Source: Thermodesulfobacteriota bacterium (GTDB lineage: Bacteria; Desulfobacterota_D; UBA1144; Nemesobacterales; Mycalebacteriaceae). Taken from it: DNA of 64,000 nucleotides. This document shows, piece after piece, positions 40,420-50,450 of the stretch. The DNA lies in the NCBI GenBank assembly GCA_965226585.1, contig OZ245366.1, forward strand, positions 1,319,423 through 1,383,422, written 5' to 3'. The notes under the pieces were generated by a model. It saw only the letters and a list, made by a program, of their open reading frames with translations. It searched no databases and had not been told where the DNA came from. Position 1 is the first letter of the stretch. Every line of letters begins with the position of its first letter. A program made the position numbers and the translations under genes.

Positions 40420-43400
40420 TTAGAACGCCACGTTAAGCCTGCCGGTTACGGCGTGGGTAACTGTGTCAAATCCCGCGCTCGCGCCGCCATCGTAGTTCAG
40501 GGTGAAGGTTACGCTCTCAGTAGGTGTTATCTCCGCGCCGGCTCCTACTTTTATGTTTATCCGCTCAAGTGTGCCGGTTGTGTTCACAGGCTCGTCATCA
40601 CCTATTGTCGCCTTAATGTCTGACTCAGGGTTGAGTATGTGCGCGTCAACTCCAAGAGTCGCGCTCAAAGTCAATGTGTCGTTAGAGGAGTAAAGCGCGC
40701 TGACTGACGGAGTCGCGTATATGAGAATGTCGTCAAACTGATTTACGGTTAGTTTGTTGTCCTCTTCACCAGTGTTTGTTGTGTCAGTACCTTGACCAAG
40801 GAAGCTTTCCACAAACTGTTCCGTCTCAATGTATGTTATGCCCGTCTCAATCCTCGGTATGACCGTGAACTCACCGTAATCAAACGACATCTCCGCTCCG
40901 GCGGCTCCGCCGTAGGTTCTCGCGTCTGTTTTCGCGCCAAATCTGCCGTCAAACCTGCTGTCGTCGTTGGGGTCAGTAGGGGTGGTGTTGACATCAATCG
41001 TCTTCATATCCGTTCTTGAAGAAGACCAGTCGCCCTGAGCGAACTCAAACCGTCCGTCTATCTGAACCTTTTCAAATATCGTTTTGGAAGCGAACAGTCC
41101 GAACATGAACCTTTCAAAGTCCGCATCCGCAACTCCGCCGCTGTTTTCTTCAGTTACGTCAAACGATGACGCCTCGTATCCAAATCCGAGAGATGTCGCT
41201 ATACCCGCAAACGGCATTGAAACACCGCCAACAAATGAGTAGGCAGTCTCGTCAAACTCAAAGTCCGGCGAGTGGCGGGTGAACCTTCCGCCGGAAAGCG
41301 CCCATACGCATCCGCCGCTCACAACTCCCTCTCCGTCAACAGACGCTCCGCCGCCGCATCCTTTACGCAGATGAGAACCAAAGTATCTGTCTGAGTAGTA
41401 CGCAGACTGAATAAGGGCGTCATATACCTGCAAGTTCAATTCGTTATTCGCGGCAAGTGTGACAAACCCATTTTCATCCGCTCCCAACCGCTCATAAATC
41501 TCAGCCGGATTCTCAGGCAGGTCTTCAGAGGCGAAAATCACGTATTCGCCGTGATTCAGCCCGGCTCCGAGTCTGATGTTAAAGTCTTCGGGAAGGTCCT
41601 CGGCGGTTATTGTGCCTTCAATGTCTATAAGCGGTTTGTCCGCCATCTCGCCGGAACTCGCCGAGACAACAAGAGTCGCGCCTTCGCCGAACTTTATACT
41701 CTCAAGCCCGGTAAATCCGTCCGCGCCCTCAATCACTGTTGTGCCGTTGCTTATGAAGCGGTCATTACCGCCTTCGCCAAAGTCTATGCTCGCGTGTGTG
41801 TCCTCAGAAGCGGGGTCTATTGCAGAAAGACTGAAACGCGCCCCGCCGCCTGATGCCGGTGAAGATTGCGCCCCGGATGAAAGACGGAAACGTCCGGTTC
41901 CGCCGGCAGACGGAGTGGTTTCCGCATTCTCAAACATGAAAGAACCCACAGTAAGCGTTGAACCCGTTTCAGTCGTAACGGTGTCTCCATCGCCCGCGCC
42001 GAGGTCAAGGTTGCCCGTAAGCGTGAATGTGGAACCGCTCTTAATGGTAATCGTGTCGTTACCGCCTCCGGTGTCTCCCGAACCCGTGAAATCTCCCTCG
42101 TTGATGAAGGTATCCGCGCCACCGGCAAGTTGTATTCTGCCGGTTATGTTGCCGTCTGAGTGGGTTGTTATTCCTATCCCCGCAGTGCTTCCGGAATCAA
42201 TTGAAAAGTGAACCGCATTCACAGCCGCCGTCTCCGTGCAGGTTGTGCCTGAAAGCACACCGCCGCAAACTATCGCGCCATTTCCAACTTGAAGTTGCTG
42301 ATCAAGCGCTGCCGCGACTATCTTTACCGTGTTTCCGCCCGAACTGTTTGACCACACTCTCGCATCTTCAAGAACAAGACCCGAAAGCCATGTGTGGATG
42401 GCTGAAGATGAAAGCCCCTCAGCCCATACTTGCGCCGTTTCTCCGTCCGGTGCGGAGAACTTAACTTCCGTTGGGGCGCCCACATCTACCGTCGGGAATC
42501 CGGAGAAATGCTGTATCCTGTTGGAAGAGTCATGGGAAGAAGAGCGAGGGACAGAAGAGGAAGCCGCGGCAACCCTTCTTACGCTTATGGTGGCGGTGTC
42601 TGAGCCGTTTGACCATATCTGCGCTCCGGTTTCAAGCGAAACCTCTCCGCTTACCGTCTCTATCCTGATAGCGCCGGAATCAACCCCTTCAGACCAAACC
42701 TGTCTTGGGTCAAAGTAAGTGCCCACTGCCGCCGGGTCGGCTGAAGAATGCGCGAAGTCAAAGGCAACCGCGTTTTCTCCGGTTGTCCAAACCCTGTCTA
42801 TCTCTGTTATCCCTATGTTGGATTTGCCTGAAATCGTAAAGTCTCTAATTTTTACTGTCGCGTCTGATGTTTCAACACTTGCTGAGAACAGAGGTCCAGT
42901 TACGGAATCTCCCGACCTGAACGATGAGTTGGTTGATGTAACGGTTATGTCGTCATCTGAACCTGCTATTTTGAGTATCTCGCCGTCTTGAGAATTGATG
43001 CCGACCACCGAGTTGTGAACCGCAAGTTCCACGCCGTAGCCCGCGCCCGCCGTCAAATCAAACACCACAGAGTTGTCGCCCTCCACCCAAACTTCCGTTC
43101 CGTTGTCTATGTTGATGACAATGGGACCCTCTCCCGCGTCTGCTTCAAACACAGTGGAATTGGCTCCGTTTGTCCACGCCTGTGATGCGTCAAACCGCGT
43201 AATTGCCGTTGAAAACTGAGTTTCGGTATTTTCCCCGTCAACGGTTGACAGTTTTACCGCCGAAGAGTTGGCTCCGGTTGTCCAAATTGCGGCTCCCTCT
43301 CTCACACTCAGGGTTGAAATGCCGCCGTCCATTGTTGAAACATCAGCCGCTACGGAGTTGAGTCCGCGGGCAGAAACATTCGCGCCGTTCACCACTTCCG

Positions 43401-46400
43401 CAGAAGTTACACCGCTGTCAACAACCAGACGGGTTTCGCCCAGTTCAATGCCGAAGAGAACTGATAACGTAGTTGAGTTTTCAATTTTTAAGTTGAAGGT
43501 GCCGTTGGCTTCAAGGTCAAACAAGTCGGTTCCGTTAAACCGCGCGAGACCTGTGATAGCATCCTCTCCGAGTGTCTCGCCCGCGTGTTCCGTGAGAAGG
43601 GAGATTGCCGCCGAGTTTACTCCCATGGCTGTAACATTTGAGCCGTTGACGCTCACAAACGGGCTTCCGCCCAGTTCGGCATGAGCGAATATGCCTTTAG
43701 AGTCGGCTCCCAGGGCAATTATGTCTGTTCCGTTTGCTATTTCCGCGCTCGCGTTTCCGCCGTTGTATGTTGCCACCTCAACCGCCGTGCCTTCGCCGAG
43801 CGTTACAGTTACCGTGGAACTGTTGATGTGCAGGTTGGTAATGCCTCTGTCCGCCGCGCGCGCGTCCGTCAGGTTTGCCACCAGAGACGCATTTGTCGCC
43901 CTCTTTGTGGCGGAAGCGTAGATTGCCGTTGCTCCCGCGCTGTTTGAAAACACATTTGAGTCTCTCACCGTCATGTCGGCAACTCCGCCGCTTTCGCTGT
44001 TCACGCTGATTGCCGTGGGGGAAAAGTCATCCGCGTCTCCCGCCCATACATTTGAGTCGGTAACGTTGACAGTGGAAACACCGTTCCAGAAGGCGATTGT
44101 GCTGATGGCGATGGGGTTATATCCACTTGCCGCAGGAGTTGGCGTGTAGAACGCCGATACATTTGAAGACACCACATCCATTCCGATTGCTCCGTCAAGC
44201 GTATACGCAGAAATTGCCGCTGAGCCGTCTCCCGCGCTGTTAGTCCACACATTTGAACTGGCTATATCAATGTCAGCGGTTGTGCCCGCTTCGTAAAATG
44301 AAATTGTTGTCGCGCCGGGTCCGTTAGTCCAAACATCCGAGCCTCTCAAATTAAGGAGTATTTCCGTGCTGTCCGCATCCAGTTGGACAAGGGCGATTGC
44401 CTCGCTGTCTCCCAAAGTTGTTTCAGCCCACAATTCCGTGCCGTTGCTGATATCCGCCGATTGCGTTTCAACCGTTACGCTTCCCCCAAGGGATTGCGTC
44501 CATATTTTCGCGCCGTTGGCTTGCAGGAGTGGCGAGATAACCGCTCTGCCGCCCGCGCCGTTAGCCCACACCTGCGCATCCGCCTCAACGGTTACCAGTT
44601 GGTCGCTCACTATCGCGGCGCTTATTTCGCCTTCTGTTGTAAAAGTTAAAAGCCCGTCACTCGCAAAGTCTGCCACGGTGCCGGTTACGTCCGCTTCCGC
44701 CCACACTTGAGTGCCCGCGCCGTTGACGGTTACGACTGTTGTAGCCCTAACCGCGTTGCTTGCCGCTCCGTTTGCCCAAACTTTCGCGCCGTTCCAAATG
44801 CTGATAGCTGCAGACGCTATGGTGTCGGTTGTGTTGCCTTCCGTCCAGACCTGAGTGTCCGTGCCGTTGACTGTCGCGCTTGATCCCGCAGAAACCGCCC
44901 GGCTTTCCGCGCCGTTTGCCCAAACTTTCACGCCGTCATTGATATATGCCGCTGTTGCTTTTACTGTTCGCGCGCCGCCGAGTGTTGTCCAAATCTGTCC
45001 CGTTGCGTCATCCGCCACGATGCTGACCGTTCCGGAAGCTCCCGCAGAAACCGCCGAACTGGTGCTCGCCCCGCTTGCCCAAACCTTTCCTTCGTTTGAA
45101 ACATTCAAAGTTGCCGTAACTATTGCGTTGCTTGTCGCCCCGTTGCTCCAGACACTTGCGCCATTGACAGTTACAGAGGTTGTTGCCGAAGCCGCGTTGC
45201 TTGTCGCTCCGTTTGCCCAAACCTTCGCGCTGTTCCAGATAGTAACAGTCGGAGCCGTTATGGTGTCGGTTGTGTCGCCTTCCGTCCACACTTCAGTTTC
45301 CGCGCTGTTGACTGTTACGGTTGTTGCCGAAGCCGCCCGGCTTCCCGTGCCATTTGCCCAAACTTTCACGCCGTCATTAATATATGCCGTTGTCGCTTTT
45401 ACTGTTGAAACGCCGCCAACTGTTGTCCAAACTTCTCCGCCGCCATCCACTGATATGATGTTGACCGTTGTTCCGTCTTTCGCCGCAACCGCCGAACTGT
45501 CCACTCCGTTTGCCCAAACCCTTCCGCCGCCCGAAACATTTACCGTTGCGGCAACTATCGTGTTGGCGTCAGATCCCTGCGTTGTCCAAACCTCAGAGTT
45601 GTCAACCAAAACGGTTGTCCCTTCAACCGCGTTGCTTGTTGAGCCGTTTGCCCAAACCTTCGCCCTGTTCCAGATGTTCACAGTTGGAGCCTTGATGGTG
45701 TCGGTTGTGTCGCCTTCCGTCCACACTTCAGTGCGAAAGCTGTTGACTGTTGCTATTGTTGTAGCCGAAACCGCCTGACTTCCCGTGCCGTTTGCCCAAA
45801 CTTTCACACCGTCATTAATATATGCCGTTGTCGCTTTTACTGTTTGAACGCCGCCAACCGTTGTCCAAACCTTTCCCGTTGCGTCATCCGCCACTATGTT
45901 GACCGTTCCCGAAACTCCCGCAGAAACCGCAGAACTGCCCGTGCCTTCCGCCCAAACCTTTCCTTCATTTGAAACATTCAAAGTTGCCGTAACTACCGTG
46001 TTGCTTGTCGCCCCGTTGCTCCACACTTTCGCGTTATTGACTGTTACGGAGGTTGTTGCCGTAACTGTGTTGCTTGTTACGCCGTTTGCCCAAACATCTG
46101 CTTCGTTCCAAATGTTCACAGTTGGCGCAACGATGGTGTCGGTTGTGTTGCCTTCCGTCCAGACTTGGGTGTTTGTGCTATTGACTGTTGCTGTTGTTGT
46201 AGCCGAAACCGCCTGACTTCCCGCGCCGTTTGCCCACACTTTCACGCCGTCATTAATATATGCCGTTGCTCCTTTTACTGTCTGAACGCCGCCAACTGTT
46301 GTCCAAACCTGTCCGTCTCCATCTGTTGATACGATGTTGACCGTTCCCGTTCTCGCCGCAACCGCCGAACTTGTCGTGCCGTTAGCCCAGACCTTTCCGC

Positions 46401-49400
46401 CGCCGGAAACATTCACCGTGCCTGCGACTATCGCGTTGCTTGCGGTTGCCGTTGTCTCCGTCCAAACTTCAGAGTTGTTGACTGCCACGGTTGCCGAGAC
46501 AATCGCGTTGCTTGTTGCTCCGTTAGACCATATCTTGGATTCGTTGAAAATATCCGCATGACTGCCGGTTGCGTATATTGTGCTTGCGCCCGCGCCTTGC
46601 GACCACACCTGCGAGCCGTTGACGGTTATCCCGCCTCCGCCCTGAGTTATGCTAATGGCTCTGCCGCTCACACCGTTAGACCAAACTTTCGCTTCGTTTT
46701 CTATAGCCACACTCGCGCCTAATGTTGTTTGAATTGCGCTGCTAACCGCGCCGCTTCTGCTTCCTTCTTCCCACACTTCCGCATTGTTGACTTTTATGGA
46801 TGACCCGCTTCCGGTCGCGGCAAGGGTTTCGCTTCTTCCTCCGTTAGACCAAACTTTCGCTTCGTTTTCTACGAACATCTCGCGGTTGTCTCTTACAAAT
46901 ATTGTTTGCGAGTCATCACTTAGCGTCCACACTTTCGTGCTACTGCCGTTGACTCTTACACTTGCGCCGCCGCGCCCTTGAATTGCTTTACTGCCTGAGC
47001 CGTTAGTCCACACTGAGCCGCCATACACATTCACTATGCCGCGACTGCCCGTCGCAACGATTGCGTCACCGGCAGGTCCCTCCGCCCAAACCTCTGTGCC
47101 GCTGCCGTTGACTGTTACGGTTCTGGCGTTAATGGTTTCCGTTGTTCCGCCGCCGTTAGACCAGACTTTTGAACTGCCGTACACACCAACTGTTCCTGCG
47201 GCTGAAATAATTGTCTGAGAGCCGCCGCCAATCGTCCACACACTTGACGCGCCGTTGACCGTTACGGCTGTTGCCGCCGCAACTGCGTTGCTTCCCGCGC
47301 CGTTTGCCCACACGCTTACGCCGTCATTAATATATGCCGTTGTTCCTTTTACTGTTGAAACGCCGCCAACCATTGTCCAAATCTCTCCGTCTCCGTCTCT
47401 TGATATGATGTTGACCGTTGTGCCGTCTTTCGCCGCAACCGCCGAACTGTCCACTCCGTTTGCCCAAACCTTTCCGCCGCCCGAAACATTTACCGTCGCG
47501 GCAACTATCGTGTTGGCGTCAATTCCCTGCGTTGTCCAAACCTCAGAGTTGTCAACCAAAACGGTTGTCCCTTCAACGGCGTTGCTTGTTGAGCCGTTTG
47601 CCCAAACCTTCGCTCTGTTCCAAATGTTCACAGTTGGAGCCTGTATCGTGTCGCTGTCGCTGCCTTCCGTCCACACTTGCGCGCCGTTGACTGTTGCCGT
47701 TGCCGCCGTAACCGCCTGACTTGCTGAGCCGTTTGCCCACACTTTCAGGTCGTTGATTTCCGCCGTTGTTGTTGCTTTTACTGTCGGAACTCCTCTGAGC
47801 GTTGTCCAAATCTCTCCCGTTCCGTCTGCTGATACGATGGTAACCCCTCCGCCCGTTTCCGCAGAAACCGCCGAACTGTCTGTGCCGCTTGCCCATACCT
47901 TGCCCAGATTTGAAACGTTGACTGTTGTGCCAACTATCGCGTTGCTTGTGGCTCCGTTAGCCCAAACGTGGGTGTCTGTGCCGTTGACTATAACGGTTGC
48001 CGCCTTTACCGTGTTGCTTGTCGCTCCGTTTGACCACACTTTCGCGCCGTTCCAGATGTTTGCCGTGCCTGTTGCAACTATGGTGTTGCTTGTGTCGCCG
48101 TTTGCCCACACTTCCGCTGTGCCGTTGATTGTTACGGTTGCCGCCGTAACCGCCTGACTTGTTACGCCGTTAGACCACACTTTCAAGCCGTGAATGCCTG
48201 CCGTTGTTGTTGCCTTTACCGTTGAACTTCCCGAAGCGTTAGACCACACTTCTCCCTTCCCGTCTCTTGATACGACCGTAACCCCTCCGCCGGCTTTCGC
48301 TGAAATTGCCGAACTTCCGGAAGCGTTAGACCACACTTTCGCGTCATTTGAAGCGTTGACCGTGTCGGCAACTATAGAGTTGCTTGTGCCGCCCGTTGTC
48401 CACACTTCAGAGCCGTTGACCACAACAGTTGTTGCTGAAATGGCGTTGGCTGTCGCTCCGGTAGCCCGCACTTTTGAGGCGTTCCACACATTCGCGCCAG
48501 CTGCTGAGATTGTGGTGGCTCCCGTTTTGTTCGTCCACACATCCGCGCCGCTGACATCAACATCACCGGTCGCCAAAATCGCGAAATCCGAACCGTTGCC
48601 GCCAATATCTGCGTCCACAACATTCACCGTTGACGCATTAATTGCCGCAAATCCGCCTTCCGTCCAGACGGAAAGACCGTTATCTTGTCCCGCCACTACT
48701 GACAGGGTTCCCGTGCCCGTGGTTGACGCTTCAATGGCAATACTTCCGGCTCCATCCGCCCACAAAACTGAACCGCCGTTTCCGCCTATGTTTATGTCTC
48801 CGCCGCTTGTGGATTTTGCTATAATGCCGTTCCCGCCTGTGGGGATTGAGCCTTTTCCGCCTCTTCCATAGACGATTCCGTTTGCGAGAGCAAGGTTAAT
48901 ATCTCCGATAGCCGTGCTGGCTATGATGCCGTCTTTACCAACTATGCAGGCGGTGTCGTTCGCAAGTACCATGCTTATGGATCCCGTGCCTCCGGTGGTT
49001 GCCGCCAAGCCGTAAGAGTTTCCTACGGATGAGGCAACTATTGCCGCGCTGTTTGTAATTTCAACTGTTATGGCTCCGCCTGCGGATGTGAGTGTCGCGC
49101 CTCTTGTGTCTAAAAGTTCGTCCCGCCTTGTCGAGTCCCGCGTTGCCGCATTGATAACCATGTGGATGTACGATTTTTCGTCTGCAAGCGTAAAGTCAAT
49201 ATCTCCGCTTGTTGTGTTTGCTATCAGGCCGTTCGTGCCGCTTTGATCCGAAAAGATTAATCCCTTAGTGGAGATGTCCACGTCCACTTTTCCGACTGTG
49301 GATGTTGCTATAATGCCGTTTCCGCCGGTTCCCCCGATTTTAACTCTTGTGGTGTTGTGAATATCTACATTCACAACGCCCGTTCCGGCTGTGATGGTAG

Positions 49401-49764
49401 CAACGTTTCCATCGCTTCCGTTTTTGACGGTGAACGAGCCGTTATCGCCTCTGAAGGTAGCGTCAGTCGCGCCGCCGATAACTACTGCGTCTCCGTCTGT
49501 CCGGGTTGTTGTGGTTGTTGCATTGGAAGAGGTAAGGTTGGCAGACCCTGTGGCGGAGTTGACTGTAACAACGGGACCATCCGTAACCACGGAAGGCAAA
49601 CCGTCTGTGATGTTAAGCGTGGCGTCTCCTGTTGTGGAAGTACAATCAATTGCGGTTGCGGTATCCGGGTTCACATCGCCGCAAGTCCTTTGCGCATGGG
49701 AGTTTTGCGGCGCAAAAGCAAATAGAATTGCGAACAGAGAGATAATGGTTAATTTTCTGTGCAT
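40420..49764 (-). CDS. Giant autotransporter-like surface protein, paralog G, 3114 aa.
   Basis: Signal peptide MHRKLTIISLFAILFAFAPQNSHAQ. It has 435-bp super-repeats across ~44700-48200. The linker at 41680-42400 is nearly identical to D 22620-23340. The β-domain is distinct and ends ...VTGRLNVAF. Confidence 0.9.
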   Translation of the reverse strand: MHRKLTIISLFAILFAFAPQNSHAQRTCGDVNPDTATAIDCTSTTGDATLNITDGLPSVVTDGPVVTVNSATGSANLTSSNATTTTTRTDGDAVVIGGATDATFRGDNGSFTVKNGSDGNVATITAGTGVVNVDIHNTTRVKIGGTGGNGIIATSTVGKVDVDISTKGLIFSDQSGTNGLIANTTSGDIDFTLADEKSYIHMVINAATRDSTRRDELLDTRGATLTSAGGAITVEITNSAAIVASSVGNSYGLAATTGGTGSISMVLANDTACIVGKDGIIASTAIGDINLALANGIVYGRGGKGSIPTGGNGIIAKSTSGGDINIGGNGGSVLWADGAGSIAIEASTTGTGTLSVVAGQDNGLSVWTEGGFAAINASTVNVVDADIGGNGSDFAILATGDVDVSGADVWTNKTGATTISAAGANVWNASKVRATGATANAISATTVVVNGSEVWTTGGTSNSIVADTVNASNDAKVWSNASGSSAISAKAGGGVTVVSRDGKGEVWSNASGSSTVKATTTAGIHGLKVWSNGVTSQAVTAATVTINGTAEVWANGDTSNTIVATGTANIWNGAKVWSNGATSNTVKAATVIVNGTDTHVWANGATSNAIVGTTVNVSNLGKVWASGTDSSAVSAETGGGVTIVSADGTGEIWTTLRGVPTVKATTTAEINDLKVWANGSASQAVTAATATVNGAQVWTEGSDSDTIQAPTVNIWNRAKVWANGSTSNAVEGTTVLVDNSEVWTTQGIDANTIVAATVNVSGGGKVWANGVDSSAVAAKDGTTVNIISRDGDGEIWTMVGGVSTVKGTTAYINDGVSVWANGAGSNAVAAATAVTVNGASSVWTIGGGSQTIISAAGTVGVYGSSKVWSNGGGTTETINARTVTVNGSGTEVWAEGPAGDAIVATGSRGIVNVYGGSVWTNGSGSKAIQGRGGASVRVNGSSTKVWTLSDDSQTIFVRDNREMFVENEAKVWSNGGRSETLAATGSGSSIKVNNAEVWEEGSRSGAVSSAIQTTLGASVAIENEAKVWSNGVSGRAISITQGGGGITVNGSQVWSQGAGASTIYATGSHADIFNESKIWSNGATSNAIVSATVAVNNSEVWTETTATASNAIVAGTVNVSGGGKVWANGTTSSAVAARTGTVNIVSTDGDGQVWTTVGGVQTVKGATAYINDGVKVWANGAGSQAVSATTTATVNSTNTQVWTEGNTTDTIVAPTVNIWNEADVWANGVTSNTVTATTSVTVNNAKVWSNGATSNTVVTATLNVSNEGKVWAEGTGSSAVSAGVSGTVNIVADDATGKVWTTVGGVQTVKATTAYINDGVKVWANGTGSQAVSATTIATVNSFRTEVWTEGDTTDTIKAPTVNIWNRAKVWANGSTSNAVEGTTVLVDNSEVWTTQGSDANTIVAATVNVSGGGRVWANGVDSSAVAAKDGTTVNIISVDGGGEVWTTVGGVSTVKATTAYINDGVKVWANGTGSRAASATTVTVNSAETEVWTEGDTTDTITAPTVTIWNSAKVWANGATSNAASATTSVTVNGASVWSNGATSNAIVTATLNVSNEGKVWASGASTSSAVSAGASGTVSIVADDATGQIWTTLGGARTVKATAAYINDGVKVWANGAESRAVSAGSSATVNGTDTQVWTEGNTTDTIASAAISIWNGAKVWANGAASNAVRATTVVTVNGAGTQVWAEADVTGTVADFASDGLLTFTTEGEISAAIVSDQLVTVEADAQVWANGAGGRAVISPLLQANGAKIWTQSLGGSVTVETQSADISNGTELWAETTLGDSEAIALVQLDADSTEILLNLRGSDVWTNGPGATTISFYEAGTTADIDIASSNVWTNSAGDGSAAISAYTLDGAIGMDVVSSNVSAFYTPTPAASGYNPIAISTIAFWNGVSTVNVTDSNVWAGDADDFSPTAISVNSESGGVADMTVRDSNVFSNSAGATAIYASATKRATNASLVANLTDARAADRGITNLHINSSTVTVTLGEGTAVEVATYNGGNASAEIANGTDIIALGADSKGIFAHAELGGSPFVSVNGSNVTAMGVNSAAISLLTEHAGETLGEDAITGLARFNGTDLFDLEANGTFNLKIENSTTLSVLFGIELGETRLVVDSGVTSAEVVNGANVSARGLNSVAADVSTMDGGISTLSVREGAAIWTTGANSSAVKLSTVDGENTETQFSTAITRFDASQAWTNGANSTVFEADAGEGPIVINIDNGTEVWVEGDNSVVFDLTAGAGYGVELAVHNSVVGINSQDGEILKIAGSDDDITVTSTNSSFRSGDSVTGPLFSASVETSDATVKIRDFTISGKSNIGITEIDRVWTTGENAVAFDFAHSSADPAAVGTYFDPRQVWSEGVDSGAIRIETVSGEVSLETGAQIWSNGSDTATISVRRVAAASSSVPRSSSHDSSNRIQHFSGFPTVDVGAPTEVKFSAPDGETAQVWAEGLSSSAIHTWLSGLVLEDARVWSNSSGGNTVKIVAAALDQQLQVGNGAIVCGGVLSGTTCTETAAVNAVHFSIDSGSTAGIGITTHSDGNITGRIQLAGGADTFINEGDFTGSGDTGGGNDTITIKSGSTFTLTGNLDLGAGDGDTVTTETGSTLTVGSFMFENAETTPSAGGTGRFRLSSGAQSSPASGGGARFSLSAIDPASEDTHASIDFGEGGNDRFISNGTTVIEGADGFTGLESIKFGEGATLVVSASSGEMADKPLIDIEGTITAEDLPEDFNIRLGAGLNHGEYVIFASEDLPENPAEIYERLGADENGFVTLAANNELNLQVYDALIQSAYYSDRYFGSHLRKGCGGGASVDGEGVVSGGCVWALSGGRFTRHSPDFEFDETAYSFVGGVSMPFAGIATSLGFGYEASSFDVTEENSGGVADADFERFMFGLFASKTIFEKVQIDGRFEFAQGDWSSSRTDMKTIDVNTTPTDPNDDSRFDGRFGAKTDARTYGGAAGAEMSFDYGEFTVIPRIETGITYIETEQFVESFLGQGTDTTNTGEEDNKLTVNQFDDILIYATPSVSALYSSNDTLTLSATLGVDAHILNPESDIKATIGDDEPVNTTGTLERINIKVGAGAEITPTESVTFTLNYDGGASAGFDTVTHAVTGRLNVAF

Positions 49765-49807
49765 TAAGGGTTCCCTAGAGGGGTAACTGGGTTAACTAAT
49801 CTTGGAG

Positions 49808-49836
49808 AATGTATAGTTGAACGGGGGTTGTGTCAA
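49808..49836 (-). promoter_or_regulatory. Putative σ70-type promoter for paralog G: -35 TTGACA at 49831-49836, a 17-nt spacer, and -10 TACATT at 49808-49813, with a G8 homopolymer at 49846-49853 just upstream.
   Basis: This is a homolog of the D leader. The minus strand reads cTTGACAcaacccccgttcaactaTACATTctcc. D carries gggagaca where G has the G8 tract. Confidence 0.4.
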
Positions 49837-49879
49837 GAATTAAAAGGGGGGGGCAGGAAAAAATTTTCACTCCTGCGGA

Positions 49880-50450
49880 GGCAAGAATCCGGTAGTTAGC
49901 CCAGTTGAATACTGGATTCCGTGTCAGGCACGGAATGACGGAAAGAAAAAAAGGCGCGGAATGGCACACTTTCCCGTCATTCCTGCGAAAGCAGGAATCC
50001 AGTATTGGTTAGCCCAGTTGAATACTGGATTCCGTGTCAGGCACGGAATGACGGAAAGGAAAAAGGCACGGAATGACACACTTTCCCGTCATTCCTGCGA
50101 AAGCAGGAATCCAGTATTGGTTAGCCCAGTTGAATACTGGATTCCGTGTCAGGCACGGAATGACGGGAAGGAAAAAGGCACGGAATGGCACACTTCCCCG
50201 TCATTCCTGCGGAAGCAGGAATCCAGTATTGGTTAGCCCAGCTGAATACTGGATTCCGTGTCAGGCACGGAATGACGGAAAGGGGAAAAAGGCACGGAAT
50301 GACGGGAAGGAAAAAAGGCACGGAATGGCACACTTCCCCGTCATTCCTGCGGAAGCAGGAATCCAGTATTGGTTAGCCAGCTGAATACTGGATTCCGTGT
50401 CAGGCACGGAATGACGGAAAGGAAAAAAGGCGCGGAATGACGGGATGGGG
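49880..50450. repeat. Tandem array 4 of the ~113-bp palindromic repeat, ~5 units, between the H stop and the G promoter.
   Basis: The unit recurs at 49897, 50017, 50127, 50237 and 50378. Confidence 0.9.
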